A DNA stretch of 64,000 nt from an uncultured Chloroflexia bacterium (GCA_963833225.1 CAWHXD010000019.1:544001-608000); one strand, 5' to 3'; numbered from the stretch's first letter, positions 39,175 through 50,139 are shown. Numbers and translations: made by a program. The notes: generated by a model not told the origin, from the sequence alone.

Positions 39175-41121
39175 GTGACACGCTTCCAGAAGATCGCCGT
39201 CGCCACGGTCGTCGCGACGATCCTGCTCGTCACCGTGGGCGTCATCGTGCGGGCCACGGGCTCCGGGATGGGCTGTCCCGACTGGCCACTGTGCTACGGC
39301 CAGCTGCTCCCGCCCCTCGATGACTCCAAGGCGTGGTGGGAGTGGATCCACCGGACGATCGCGGCGGTCATCGGCTTCCTGATCCTGGGCGTCGCCTTCT
39401 TCGCCTGGAAGGACCATCGTGACCGCCGGTCCATCCTGTGGCCGAGCCTGGTGGCCGTGCTGCTCGTGGGCTTCCAGGCCTGGCTCGGCCGGGAGACGGT
39501 CCGCCTCAACAACTCCGGCGACTCGGTGACGGCGCACCTCGCGGCCGCGATGTCCCTGCTGGGGCTGCTCGTGTTCGTGACGGTCCGCGCGTTCTACCCG
39601 GCGCGCCTGCTGGCCCGGGGCCGCTCGCAGCGCTTCACCCTGCTCGCGGTCCTCACGTCGGCGGCGATGTTCGGCCTGCTGCTGTTCGGATCCAACGTGA
39701 CGGCGCAGGACGCCGGCCTCGTGTTCCCGGACTGGCCGCTGATGAACGGCAGCCTGATGCCGCTCCAGGCGGGGCTGGACCCGCAGGTTCGCGGCCTGTA
39801 CGAGGCCCACGTGCTGCACCGCTACGTGGCGGCGTTCGTGCTCGTGCTGGTGTGGACGACGGCCCTCGCCGCGTGGCGGACGCAGCGTTCCCGGCGCGCG
39901 GTCGTCATCCTGGCCGCCCTGATGGCGATCATCTACCCGGTCCAGGTCGGGATCGGTGGCCTCCAGGTGTTCACGCTCCTGGCCGACTGGACGCAGACCC
40001 TCCACGTCGCCCTCTCGGCGCTGCTCTGGGGGTTGTCCGTCGCACTGGCGATGACGGCGTACTACGAGGCGCGGATCGCGGCCCCGCCCGCGACCGGGTA
40101 CCCGGTCGCGGGTGACTCGGGCGGGTCGCCGGACGACGGCGGCTCGGGCGGCCCAGCGACCGGCGGCGGGGCATCGACCCGCAGCACGGGGAACGACGCC
40201 CCCACCGCATCCCGGAGCTCAACCGTTCGGGCGTACATCGCGCTGACCAAGCCCCGGATCATCGAGCTGCTGCTGATCACCACCATCCCGGCGATGGTCC
40301 TCGCGACCCGTGACCTGCCCGGCATGAACCTGCTCGAGTGGCTGCGGCTCGCCTTCTGGACCATGCTCGGTGGCTCCCTGGCGGCGGGCTCGGCCAATGC
40401 GATCAACCAGTACCTGGACCGCGACATCGACCTGCTCATGTCCCGTACCCGGCGCCGGCCGCTGCCCGCCCACGACGTGACGCCCGAGAACGCCGTCGTG
40501 TTCGGGATCGTGCTGGGCGTGATCTCGATCGCGCTGATGGCGATGTTCGTCAACCTCGTGTCGGCGTTCCTGACCCTGCTCGCGATCGCGTTCTACGTCG
40601 TGATCTACACGCTCCTGCTCAAGCGGACGACCCCCCAGAACATCGTCATCGGCGGGGCCGCCGGCGCCCTGCCGCCGGTCATCGGCTGGACCGCGGTCAC
40701 GGGCCGGATCGAGATCCCGGCGCTGATGCTGTTCTTCCTCGTCTTCTACTGGACGCCGCCCCATTTCTGGGCGCTCGCGTTGCGCATCCGCAAGGACTAC
40801 GAGACGGCCCGCGTGCCCATGCTCCCGGTGGTGAAGGGCGTCCCGGAAACCGCGCGGCAGATCGCGCTGTACACGATCCTGCTGGTGGCGATCAGCCTCA
40901 TCTTCTGGCCGGTGGCCACCATGGGCCCCGTCTACCTCGTCGCGGCGGTGGTGCTGGGCGCGCTGTTCCTGTGGCGAGCGTTCGTGCTGTGGCGGCAGGC
41001 GACGTCCCCCGAGGGGTCGCTCGCGCAGGCGATCCGCCTGTACCGCTACTCGATCTCCTACCTGACGCTGCTGTTCGCGGCGGTTGCGGTCGACGCCCTG
41101 CTCATGGGTCCCACGAGCTGA
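39175..41121 (+). CDS. ctaB: Fused heme A synthase (CtaA/COX15) - heme O synthase (CtaB/CyoE)
   Basis: N-half GSGMGCPDWPLC, EWIHR, AHL, LHR, TLH; C-half LTKPRI, NQYLDRDID..M.RT..RPLP, LKR.TPQNIVIGG, WTPPHF. Confidence 0.92.
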   Translation: MTRFQKIAVATVVATILLVTVGVIVRATGSGMGCPDWPLCYGQLLPPLDDSKAWWEWIHRTIAAVIGFLILGVAFFAWKDHRDRRSILWPSLVAVLLVGFQAWLGRETVRLNNSGDSVTAHLAAAMSLLGLLVFVTVRAFYPARLLARGRSQRFTLLAVLTSAAMFGLLLFGSNVTAQDAGLVFPDWPLMNGSLMPLQAGLDPQVRGLYEAHVLHRYVAAFVLVLVWTTALAAWRTQRSRRAVVILAALMAIIYPVQVGIGGLQVFTLLADWTQTLHVALSALLWGLSVALAMTAYYEARIAAPPATGYPVAGDSGGSPDDGGSGGPATGGGASTRSTGNDAPTASRSSTVRAYIALTKPRIIELLLITTIPAMVLATRDLPGMNLLEWLRLAFWTMLGGSLAAGSANAINQYLDRDIDLLMSRTRRRPLPAHDVTPENAVVFGIVLGVISIALMAMFVNLVSAFLTLLAIAFYVVIYTLLLKRTTPQNIVIGGAAGALPPVIGWTAVTGRIEIPALMLFFLVFYWTPPHFWALALRIRKDYETARVPMLPVVKGVPETARQIALYTILLVAISLIFWPVATMGPVYLVAAVVLGALFLWRAFVLWRQATSPEGSLAQAIRLYRYSISYLTLLFAAVAVDALLMGPTS

Positions 41122-41145
41122 CCCGGTAGCCACGGGGGACCCCCG

Positions 41146-41811
41146 TCAGTCGCCGATGTCGCCGCGGGCTTCGAGTACCGCCCGCCGGCGGCGCGAGACG
41201 CGCCCCTCGCGGTCGAACACACGCAGCGCGACCTGCACCAGCGGTCCGATGCCCAGCGCGAACACCACGGTTCCCAGGCCGATCGTGCCACCAGCGAGGA
41301 ACCCCGCGGCCAGCACGCTGAGCTCGATCCCGGTCCGGGCCCGCCGGATCGACCATCCGAAGCGCAGGTGGAGCCCGGTCATGAGGCCATCTCGCGGACC
41401 CGGACCGAGATCCGCGGCGAGGTACAGGCCGGATCCGATCGCGATGGTGACGACGCCGGCCAGCATCATCGCCATCTGCCCGGCGATGCCCGACGCCTCC
41501 GGAATGATGTCGAGCGCCACGTTGGTGGAGCTGCCGATGAGGACGATGTTGATGACCGTGCCCACGCCGGGCCGCTCCCCGAGGGGCCACCACGCCGCCA
41601 GCACGGGGATGCCGACGAGGATGCTCACCGTTCCGAGCGGGAGCCCGCTCAGCCGGCTGATGCCCTGGTGGAACACCTCCCACGGACCCAGGCCGATGCC
41701 CGCCTGCGCCATGGCGGCGATGCCCACGCCGAACAGGACGAGGCCGGCGAGGAGGCCTGGCAGCCGTGGCCGGACGACGGCGGGGGACCAGCGGGAGGCG
41801 GGATCAGGCAC
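41146..41811 (-). CDS. YczE/YyaS/YitT-like membrane protein
   Basis: GLGPWEVFHQG, PGVGT, LGPGPRDGLM, GGTIGLGT; TACCAT 7 nt before GTG. Confidence 0.8.
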   Translation of the reverse strand: MPDPASRWSPAVVRPRLPGLLAGLVLFGVGIAAMAQAGIGLGPWEVFHQGISRLSGLPLGTVSILVGIPVLAAWWPLGERPGVGTVINIVLIGSSTNVALDIIPEASGIAGQMAMMLAGVVTIAIGSGLYLAADLGPGPRDGLMTGLHLRFGWSIRRARTGIELSVLAAGFLAGGTIGLGTVVFALGIGPLVQVALRVFDREGRVSRRRRAVLEARGDIGD

Positions 41812-41882
41812 CTGGCGAATGGTACCGGCGCGCCGGCGGGTCACGACCGTGGCCGGCCTGCGGTGCCGTGACCTGCGGTCGA

Positions 41883-43514
41883 TCAGCCCGCTGGCGTGCA
41901 CCGTGCGATCTCGGCCAAGAGGGCGTCGGCCGTGGGCGCATGGCCCAGCATCCCGCGGACGGCGTCCCCGGCCGGCCGCTCCCGGCCGAAGCGCAGGATC
42001 CGCTCCCGGAGCCACGCATACCAGCCGGGATCGCCGGCGGTCCAGTCGCCGCGCCCGGAGCTGATCGCGGCCCGCAGCCCCGCCGCCAGCACGGCACCCA
42101 CCGCGTAGTTGGCCATGTAGCCCGGCTCCTGGACCAGCTGTCCGCGGATCGCCCACCACGACCATTCCGGGTGGGCCGCGATCCCGAGCCACGTGCTGGT
42201 GAGGTCCGTCCAGACGTCGTTTGCCCGGCGGTCCGGATCGTCCAGCATCCGGATCTCGAACATGGCCCAGGCAGCGTCGATCACGACCGCCGCGTAGTGG
42301 CAACGAGCGGCGATCTGCGGCGAGACGACCGGAGGCCCCGGCAGCCAGTGGCGGAGCCAGGCGGGATCCGCCACGTTGAAGGCGACGATGTCCGCCAGGG
42401 CCTCGGTCAGCGCATCGGCATCCGGCCAGTCGGCGAACGCCGGCCGGGTGCGGATCCCGGCGAGGTGGATCGCGTGCCCCGTCTCGTGGACGAGCTCGGC
42501 GAGGTCGCCCAGGCCACCATCGGTGTAGCTGGCCAGGACGGTGGGGCGTCCCGGCGACCAGCTGCCGTCCGCCCGCCGGTGTGGCCGCCCATCGAAGGTC
42601 GTGAAGGCCACCGGGACCGGTGGCCGCCGAGGCCTGGGCGTGACATCGAGGTGGATCCCGAGCCCGTCGAGATCGGCGCCCAGCGCGGCGTAGACGGCAC
42701 GATTGACCGCGAGGACCTCCGGCACGGACATGGGCCCCACCGCGCGCTGGACGGCGCCGGCCTGCCACCACCAGTCCCATGGTTCGATCGCGGGCTCACC
42801 CGCGGCACGGGCCGGCTCGACGACCGCGATCCGCCAGGCCTCCAGCACGCCCTCGGCCCACGCCCGGATCTCCGCGGGAGCGACATCGAGGCCCGCCGCG
42901 TTGGCCGCCAGGCGCGAGCGTCCCAGGCGGGCCTCCTGCGATGCCTCACGGATCAGCGCCCGGTAGGGGGAGCCCCCCTCGTCGTCCCCGTTGACGACCC
43001 GCCACAGCGGCGCGAGGGCAAGGAACAGGTGGCGGCGGACCACCGGATCGGGCTCCGTGCCGAGTCGGGCCAGCACCTGCGGCCGGGACATCACCCTGCC
43101 CTCCGCCTCGAGCGCGTCGGCGGTCGTCCCGTAGCAGGCCTCCAGCCGGCGATGGAGCGGCTCCCCGCCGGCGGCGATGAGACGCTCCCAGGCGCGCGCA
43201 TCGCCGCAGCTTGCCTCCCGGGTGCCGGGTTCGACCCCGGGCGTGACGGGGAGGCTGTAGGCGTCCGCCTCGGCCATGCCCTCGAGCATGCGGTCGAAGG
43301 CCCGGCGATCCTCGCGGGTGAGCTCGCTCACGGCACGACGATCGAACGTGGCGAGCCCGGCGTGCACGGCTGCCGACGCTTCGGCCGCCTGGCGTTCCAG
43401 CCCGCGAACGTCCTGTGGCTCACCCGTCGCCCGGGCGACATCGAGCCGGTCGCGGGCACCCCGGGCAGCGAGGTACGCGGCCTCGAGCGCGGCCAGGCGT
43501 TCGGAAGGTGTCAC
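41883..43514 (-). CDS. Gluzincin metallopeptidase (M3/M2-like)
   Basis: HETGH followed by downstream EALAD; PWDWW; YMANY. Confidence 0.65.
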   Translation of the reverse strand: MTPSERLAALEAAYLAARGARDRLDVARATGEPQDVRGLERQAAEASAAVHAGLATFDRRAVSELTREDRRAFDRMLEGMAEADAYSLPVTPGVEPGTREASCGDARAWERLIAAGGEPLHRRLEACYGTTADALEAEGRVMSRPQVLARLGTEPDPVVRRHLFLALAPLWRVVNGDDEGGSPYRALIREASQEARLGRSRLAANAAGLDVAPAEIRAWAEGVLEAWRIAVVEPARAAGEPAIEPWDWWWQAGAVQRAVGPMSVPEVLAVNRAVYAALGADLDGLGIHLDVTPRPRRPPVPVAFTTFDGRPHRRADGSWSPGRPTVLASYTDGGLGDLAELVHETGHAIHLAGIRTRPAFADWPDADALTEALADIVAFNVADPAWLRHWLPGPPVVSPQIAARCHYAAVVIDAAWAMFEIRMLDDPDRRANDVWTDLTSTWLGIAAHPEWSWWAIRGQLVQEPGYMANYAVGAVLAAGLRAAISSGRGDWTAGDPGWYAWLRERILRFGRERPAGDAVRGMLGHAPTADALLAEIARCTPAG

Positions 43515-43572
43515 CCGGTCATCGTCGCACGCGGCGGACTCGCGCCGGGGACCGGTGTGTCACGATCCATCC

Positions 43573-45130
43573 ATGGAGCTCACCTTTCTCGGCGGCGCCC
43601 GGACCGTGACCGGCTCCCGCCATCTCGTCGATACCGGGCACGCTCGCGTGCTCGTGGACTGCGGCATGTTCCAGGGGGGACCCGACGAATCGGTTCGCAA
43701 CCGCGTGCCGCTGGGCGTCGACCCGGCCACGCTGGACGCGGTCGTCCTCACCCACGCTCATCTCGACCACTGCGGCCTGCTGCCGCTCCTTGTGCGCGAG
43801 GGGTTCCGGGGCAGGATCTGGTGTACCGCGGCCACCGCGGAGCTCGCCCGGCTCGTCCTGCTCGACAGCGCCAAGCTCCAGGTGGAGTTCGCCAAGCGAT
43901 CCGCCCGACGCGAACGCCGCGATCCCGAGCGGGCCGCCGCCCGCGAAGCCCGTGACGAGCGGTTATTCGAGGAGGCCGTGGAGCTCGCGGCGACCGGTGC
44001 CGAGAGCCCGGGCGGCCCGGATCCCGAGGATCTGCTCCGTGCGGCCGGTCCGATCGTGGACGTGGGCCTGTCGGACCCGATCTACACGGAGGATGACGCC
44101 GGCGCCACGCTGCCCATGCTTCGCCACATCCCGTACGCGTCGGAGCACGAGGTGGCGCAGGGCGTTCACGTCACCCTGCTCGACGCAGGGCACATCCTCG
44201 GGTCATCGATCGTGCGGATGCGGATCGCGCGCCCGGGGGGCGGCCGCGACACGGTGGTCATCTTCTCGGGCGATCTTGGCCGCCCCGGCACGCCGATCCT
44301 GCGCGACCCCACCTCGGTGGGCGAGGCCGATGTCGTCGTGATGGAGTCGACGTATGGCGGGCGCGAGCACGAGGCGGCCGCGGTCGCGATCGACACGCTC
44401 GACATCGGTGGTCAACGACGCGGTCCGCCGGAAGGGCGTGCTGCTGATCCCCTCGTTTGCGATCGGGCGTACCCAGGAGCTCGTCTGGGAGCTCTCGCGC
44501 CTGGTGGAGGCGGGCCGGATCCCCCATCTGCCGCTGTACCTGGACTCGCCGATGGCCAAGGCGGCCTCGGACATCTACCGCGCCCATCCGGAGGCGTACG
44601 ACGCGGAGACGGCGGCGATCCTCCGCGAGCAGGGCGCGCCGCTCGACTACCCGGGCCAGCGCGTGGTCCAGAACGTCCAGGAGTCGATGAGGATCGAGCA
44701 CTCCAAGCCGCCGTACGTGATCATCGCGTCCAATGGGATGCTCACCGGCGGCCGATCCGTGGGTCACGCGGAGCGGTTGCTCGACGACCCGTCGGCGACG
44801 GTCCTGTTCGTCGGCTACCAGGGCGAGGGAACGCTCGGCGGGCACCTGATGCGGGGGGCCGATCGGGCGCGGATCGGCGGTCACGACATGCCCATTCGCG
44901 CCTCGATCCGGTCGCTCGACGGGTTCTCGGCCCACGCCGACGAGCCGGAGCTGCTCGACTGGGTGGGCGGGTTCATCCGCGGGCGCAAGGCGGGGGATCC
45001 GGGCGTCCCGGGGCACGTGTACCTGGTCCACGGGGACCCGCCGGCCCAGGAGGTGCTGGCGCCCAAGGTCACCGCCCTGGGGTTCGACGTGCAGGTTCCG
45101 TCATGGCACCAGACGGTGTCCCTGGACTAG
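43573..45130 (+). CDS. MBL-fold beta-CASP ribonuclease-like protein; frameshift near 44405
   Basis: VTGSRH, DCG, THAHLDH, AGHILG, SGDLG, ESTYG, PSFAIGRTQE, FSAHAD, VHG. Confidence 0.9.
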
Positions 45131-45142
45131 GTCCGCCCGGGG

Positions 45143-46183
45143 TCAGTCGTCCCGACGCACAAGCCGGGTGAACCGCGGCAGGCCGGGCACGAGCGTGCCC
45201 TTGACGACGTCGAGGACGTCCGTGCCGCTGCCGATCCTGACCACGCGCAGCGTGTAGCGACGGCCCTCGAGCTGCGTGTTCCCGTGGAGGATCGTGCGGG
45301 CAGTGGTGTAGCCGGCCTCGCGGACGATGGCCTGCAGCGTGGCGTCGAACCCGCCGCCGACGTAGGCGATCGAGTCGGGCACGATTCCCAGGTGCGCCTC
45401 GATGATCGTTCGGGGCAGCGTGACCTCGCGGCGCATCACGGCTTCCGAGACGGCCGGGTGCTTGCCGCCGAGGCCGGCCAGCTGTCGATGGTGCAGACCA
45501 TGCGCGCCGATGCCCATGCCCGCGGCCGCCAGCTCGCGCAGCTCACGCCAGGTCATGCCGCCGCTGGGCAGCGACTGGAGCGTCACGTAGAACTCGGCCA
45601 CCATGCCCCGCTCCTGCAGCAGCGGCAGGACCGTGCTCGCCCAGTCGTGCGTGCCGTCGTCGAAGGTGATCATCACCGGCCGCTCGGGAAGGGGCACCCC
45701 GCTGTCCCAGAACGCGGCAAGGTCGCGAGGCAGGATCGTCGTGTAGCCGTGGGCCACCAGCCAGTCCAGCTGGGCCTCGAAGGCGGCGGGCACCACGTCG
45801 TAGGCGAGGAACCGCTCCCGCTGGGCACGGGTCCACTGCCGGAAGCCGCGCGGTGGCGCGATGATCCGGTGGTAGTAGAGGATCGGGACGGAGACGGCCA
45901 TCGACGTCGGAGCCGCGGGGTCCCCACCGGGCGGGCCGGGCGACGCGGGCGCGGGCGCGGCGGGCGGCGCGGCCGACGGTGCCGGTTCCGGATGGTCTCC
46001 GGCCGCCGGTTGCGAGATGGCCACGGGCGCCTGTGCGTCGGCCGGCGAGAGGACGGGCGGCTCGGGCGGGTAGATCCATGCGGGAGCCGCGGCTGCCTGG
46101 CAGCCGGCGGTGGCCACGGCCAGCACAACGACGACGATGGCGGCCAGCCACGTCCTCGCCTGCACTGCCGAGCCTCGACTCAC
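45143..46183 (-). CDS. Polysaccharide deacetylase (CE4) lipoprotein
   Basis: Lipobox TAGC; PILYYH, ITFDDG, GAHGLHH. Confidence 0.85.
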   Translation of the reverse strand: MSRGSAVQARTWLAAIVVVVLAVATAGCQAAAAPAWIYPPEPPVLSPADAQAPVAISQPAAGDHPEPAPSAAPPAAPAPASPGPPGGDPAAPTSMAVSVPILYYHRIIAPPRGFRQWTRAQRERFLAYDVVPAAFEAQLDWLVAHGYTTILPRDLAAFWDSGVPLPERPVMITFDDGTHDWASTVLPLLQERGMVAEFYVTLQSLPSGGMTWRELRELAAAGMGIGAHGLHHRQLAGLGGKHPAVSEAVMRREVTLPRTIIEAHLGIVPDSIAYVGGGFDATLQAIVREAGYTTARTILHGNTQLEGRRYTLRVVRIGSGTDVLDVVKGTLVPGLPRFTRLVRRDD

Positions 46184-46285
46184 CTACAACCCCCGGGCCT
46201 GCGCTCCCGGGCTGCCGTCCTTGCTCCTGGTTGGTGGGCCGGCACCGGGTCGCCTATCGTGCCACCGATCCACGGATGTGGCCGC

Positions 46286-47989
46286 TCAATCCGCAGCCGG
46301 CTGGATCTGCTCTCGCGTCGTCGCCACCCGCTCTGCCAGGACGCTGGCCACGTCGTGCCCCGTGACCGCCTCGAGGAAGTCCACCCGCTCCAGCATCAGC
46401 AGCACACAGGCGGCGTTGGCGGTGACCGTAGCCGTCCGCGGCACACGGTGGAGGAGCGCGATCTCGCCGAACCCGGTGCCGCGTTCGTCAAGGCGGTTGA
46501 GGTCGTGGCCGCGCTGGGTGACGAGCAGGGAGCCGGTCTCGAGGACGTAGTACCGGTCGCCGGGGTCGCCCTCGCGAATCAGCACGTCGCCGCGCTCGGC
46601 CGTCAGCCACCGGGTGCGCCCTGCGACCGACTCGAGCTCGGGCGGGGCGAGCGGGGCAAACAGCTCTGAGTCGCGTAGCAGCGCAACCTCGCGAACCGGC
46701 ACGCGGACGCGGCGATCGATCGCGCGAAGGCCGACCCATGCGATCGCCACGCCGGCCGGCATCAACGCGCCGACAGCGACGATGGCGACCTCGGGTCCCC
46801 AGGCGCCGGCGAGCACCGGGACCAGCAACGAGCCCATCGCCAGGCCGGTCAGCCCGACTCCCTCGAGCGCCCCGAGCACGCGCGCGAGAGACCGGTCGTC
46901 GGTGACCCGCTGGAGGATCGTGCGGCCCGCCACATCGCAGGCCGCCAGGCCAACCCCGCCGAGGGCGATCACCGCCGGCGCGAGGAGTGCCGGCGTGATC
47001 GCACCCATCGCCACCAGGGCCAGTCCCCAGCCAAGCGCGCTCAGCGCCAGCGCCGGCGCCAGCCGCTGTCGGCCGACGAGCGCGAAGCTCACGGCCCCGC
47101 CCACGACAGTGCCCAGGCCGAGGGAGGCGTTGAGGATCCCGGCTCCCGACTCGCCCGTGCCAAAGACCTCCAGGGCCAGGAGCACCAGCAGCACGTCGAC
47201 GGCACCGACGGTGAGCATCCGGAGCCCGAGGAGCGCCACCACGAGTCCCGTGTCCTTGTTCGAGGCGAGGGCCCGCAGCCCGCCCACCATGAGCCAGGCC
47301 GGCGACCGGCGAATGCGCTGGCTCAAGTCTCCGGGCTCACCGCCCATCGTCCGGCGAACCGTCGCTGTCGGCCTCACCGGCAGCCCCACAACGGAGATCG
47401 CGGCCGCGAGGCTCGCCACGGCCCCCGCCGCGAACACGAGCCCGGGCGTGCCGACGGCCAGCAGTCCGGCCGCCGCGAGCGGTCCCAGCAGCACCCCCGC
47501 CCCTTCCACCGTGCCCGCGACCCCGTTTGCGGCCGTGAGCTCCTCGGGCGTCCGGGACAGGCTTGGCAACAGGGCGCCCTGGGTCGGCCGCGTGAACGTG
47601 AGCGCGACGGAGGCGGTCGCGGCGGCGAGCACCACGAACGCCGGGCTGGCATCGAGGAGCATCCCGGCCGCTGTCGCCCCAAGCCCCACGGTGAGCAGCA
47701 GGTAGCCGGTCACCAGCACGCGCTGGCGCGGGAAGCGGTCGGCGAGGGAGGCCGAGACCGGGGCGAAGGCGGCGGCCGGCGCCAGCTGGGCGAGCGCCAC
47801 GAGGCCGACGCTGGCGGCGCCGAGCGCGCTGTACGCGTAGAGGAGGATCGCGACCCAGGTGCCGTACTCGGCCGCGTTGAACAGCAGGAATGCGAGCTGG
47901 ACGCGGCGCAGCGCCGGGTTGCGCAACACGGCCCGGATGACCCGGACCGACATCCCGAGATGACCGCGCGCGCCTGCCAGGCGGTTCAA
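46286..47989 (-). CDS. MFS transporter with C-terminal cyclic-nucleotide-binding domain
   Basis: About 12 TM helices, LADRFPR; IREGDPGD.YY, FGEIALL...PRTATV. Confidence 0.88.
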   Translation of the reverse strand: MNRLAGARGHLGMSVRVIRAVLRNPALRRVQLAFLLFNAAEYGTWVAILLYAYSALGAASVGLVALAQLAPAAAFAPVSASLADRFPRQRVLVTGYLLLTVGLGATAAGMLLDASPAFVVLAAATASVALTFTRPTQGALLPSLSRTPEELTAANGVAGTVEGAGVLLGPLAAAGLLAVGTPGLVFAAGAVASLAAAISVVGLPVRPTATVRRTMGGEPGDLSQRIRRSPAWLMVGGLRALASNKDTGLVVALLGLRMLTVGAVDVLLVLLALEVFGTGESGAGILNASLGLGTVVGGAVSFALVGRQRLAPALALSALGWGLALVAMGAITPALLAPAVIALGGVGLAACDVAGRTILQRVTDDRSLARVLGALEGVGLTGLAMGSLLVPVLAGAWGPEVAIVAVGALMPAGVAIAWVGLRAIDRRVRVPVREVALLRDSELFAPLAPPELESVAGRTRWLTAERGDVLIREGDPGDRYYVLETGSLLVTQRGHDLNRLDERGTGFGEIALLHRVPRTATVTANAACVLLMLERVDFLEAVTGHDVASVLAERVATTREQIQPAAD

Positions 47990-48170
47990 CGGACGCGGAA
48001 CATCAGGCTGGGGGTCCAGAGCATGGGCGGCAGTCTACGGATACGGGACCGGCCGTGTATCGACCGCGTCGCGCTCCAGAGGACGATCGCTGGCCCGGAA
48101 CCTGGCCGTGGCGCAAGATGGGGGCGTCGGGCCAGCGTCCCAGATGCCCGGCGAACAGGAGAACAGCGAC

Positions 48171-49532
48171 ATGAGCGCGGCCATCCTCACCGCCGCCGAG
48201 CTGGCGAGCGTTCGACGCGAGTACCGTGCCGCGTCCCTCCTCCCCGCCCGCACCTACCACGACCCGGCCATCCTGGGCTGGGAGCGCGAGCACATCGCTC
48301 GACGGGACTGGGTCCTGGTCGCGCGCGAGGAGGACGTGCCGGAGCCCACCAGCTTCAAGCTCGTCGAGCTCGAAGGGGAGAACGTCATCGTGGTCCGCGG
48401 TCGCGACGGCGTGATCCGGGCGTTCTACAACGTGTGCCGCCACCGCGGAACCGCGGTCGAGGAGCGCGAGTGCGGCAAGGCGGTCCGGTTCCAATGCGTC
48501 TACCACGCCTGGATCTATGACCTCGAGGGTCATCTCGTTCGCGCCAAGCACACGGACGACCTCGAGGACTTCAGCTTCGAGACCTTCGGCCTGGCCCCGA
48601 TCCACCTCGAGACCTGGCAGGGCTTCGTGTTCCTCAACCTCTCCGATGGGGAGGTCGAGCCCCTCGGGTCGCAGCTGGGCGACCTGGTGGACCAGTTCGC
48701 GCGCTTCGACTTCACGAGCCTGCGCTCCGCGAAGCGGATCGAGTACGACGTTGCGGCCAACTGGAAGTTCATCGCCGAGAACTACAGCGAGTGCTACCAC
48801 TGCCCAGGTGTCCACCCCCAGCTCAACAGGCTCACCCCCTATGACCTGGGTGGCGAGTTCGAGCCCAACGGCGCCTGGCAGGGCGGCTACATGGAGCTGG
48901 TCGATGGCGCCGAGACCATGGCCCTCGACGGTGGCCACGGGTCGCGCGGCGGGCGGCCGCCGATGTGCGGGATCAACACCGAGGACGAGCTCCGGGTCTA
49001 CTACTACGTCGTCTGGCCGCTGGCGTTCCTGTCGATCCATCCCGACTACCTGCTCGTCCACCGCCTGGAGCCCATCGCGCCGGACCGGACGCGGGTCATC
49101 TGCGAGTGGCTGTTCGAGAAGGACACGATCGAGCAGCCGGACTTCGACCCCTCCGAGCCGATCGAGTTCTGGGACCTGACGAACCAGCAGGACTGGCACG
49201 TCTGCGAGCTCCAGCAGCGAGGCACCCGGTCTCGGACCTGGAAGGCCGGGCGGTACTCCAACGAGGAGCCGTCGGTCCAGGCGTTCGACCTGATGGTCGC
49301 GGCCCGCTACAACGGCGATCCGATCACGGGATGGAAGGCGACTCCCCGGCAGGACTACGCCCCGTCCCCGGCGCGGCCGTCGGGCGATGGCTCGAACGGG
49401 CACAGCTCGAACGGGCACAGCTCGAACGGGCGTGGCACGAACGGGCGCGGCTCGAGGCGCGACGCGATCGGATCGGGCGGGGCGACGGAGGGTCGCCGCA
49501 CCGCGCGCCCAAGGGCATCCGTCGGGGACTGA
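48171..49532 (+). CDS. Rieske non-heme iron oxygenase alpha subunit (GbcA/choline monooxygenase-like)
   Basis: NVCRHRG...CVYHAW, NWK..ENYSECYHC...HP, NQQD; AGGAGA SD; (NGHSS)n tail. Confidence 0.9.
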   Translation: MSAAILTAAELASVRREYRAASLLPARTYHDPAILGWEREHIARRDWVLVAREEDVPEPTSFKLVELEGENVIVVRGRDGVIRAFYNVCRHRGTAVEERECGKAVRFQCVYHAWIYDLEGHLVRAKHTDDLEDFSFETFGLAPIHLETWQGFVFLNLSDGEVEPLGSQLGDLVDQFARFDFTSLRSAKRIEYDVAANWKFIAENYSECYHCPGVHPQLNRLTPYDLGGEFEPNGAWQGGYMELVDGAETMALDGGHGSRGGRPPMCGINTEDELRVYYYVVWPLAFLSIHPDYLLVHRLEPIAPDRTRVICEWLFEKDTIEQPDFDPSEPIEFWDLTNQQDWHVCELQQRGTRSRTWKAGRYSNEEPSVQAFDLMVAARYNGDPITGWKATPRQDYAPSPARPSGDGSNGHSSNGHSSNGRGTNGRGSRRDAIGSGGATEGRRTARPRASVGD

Positions 49533-49535
49533 TCG

Positions 49536-49990
49536 CCGGACCGCTGCCGCCGCCGACCGCTGCGGCCACCGACCGCCGCTGCTGACCGCCGACCGCCGTT
49601 GCTGACCGCCGACCGCCAGCCACCGCCGACCGCCGCTGCTGACCGCGAGGCGGTCATTCGGATGGCCCGATCATGCGGCGGCTCGCTCGGCGGGCCTGAG
49701 CATGGGCGGGCGGCGATCTCGTCGGGGATCCTGACCGCCGAGCGGGCATCTGGATGGGCGACCCATCGCAACGACCCGCCGGCGGGCACGAGCGAGAGCG
49801 CAGAGCGGGAGCACGATGGGCCGGGGCCCGAGCCGGAGTCGGCACCGGAGCCGGGGCCCGAGCACGAGGAGCCGGGATCCGAGCCGAAGCCGGGGCCCGA
49901 GCGGGCCCGAAGCCGAGCCGAAGCCGGCACCCGAGCCGAAGCCGGCACCCGAGTCCGAGACCGCTCGACTTGCCGCTCGACTGGCCGCTC
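49536..49990. repeat. Low-complexity intergenic tandem repeats
   Basis: GCTGACCGCCGACCGCC-type units at about 49540-49647; GAGCCGGGGCCCGAGC units and CCGAGCCGAAGCCGGCAC x2 at about 49820-49955. Confidence 0.65.
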
Positions 49991-50139
49991 GATCCGACGA
50001 GGGTCCCGCCCGCAATGGGCCGGATGAACCATGACAGCCCGGGAGGCCCGAGCCACGCTGGCCCCACTCCGACCCGGACGCCGGCACGGCGCGTCCGGGC
50101 CTCGACCCGTTGCTGCGCCACCAGTCCCGGAGTCCGGCA

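Noticed and set aside
49599-50034. Short ORFs with (PEPK/AEAGTR)n repeats
   Set aside because: Low-complexity sequence open in several frames with no convincing start signal or domain.
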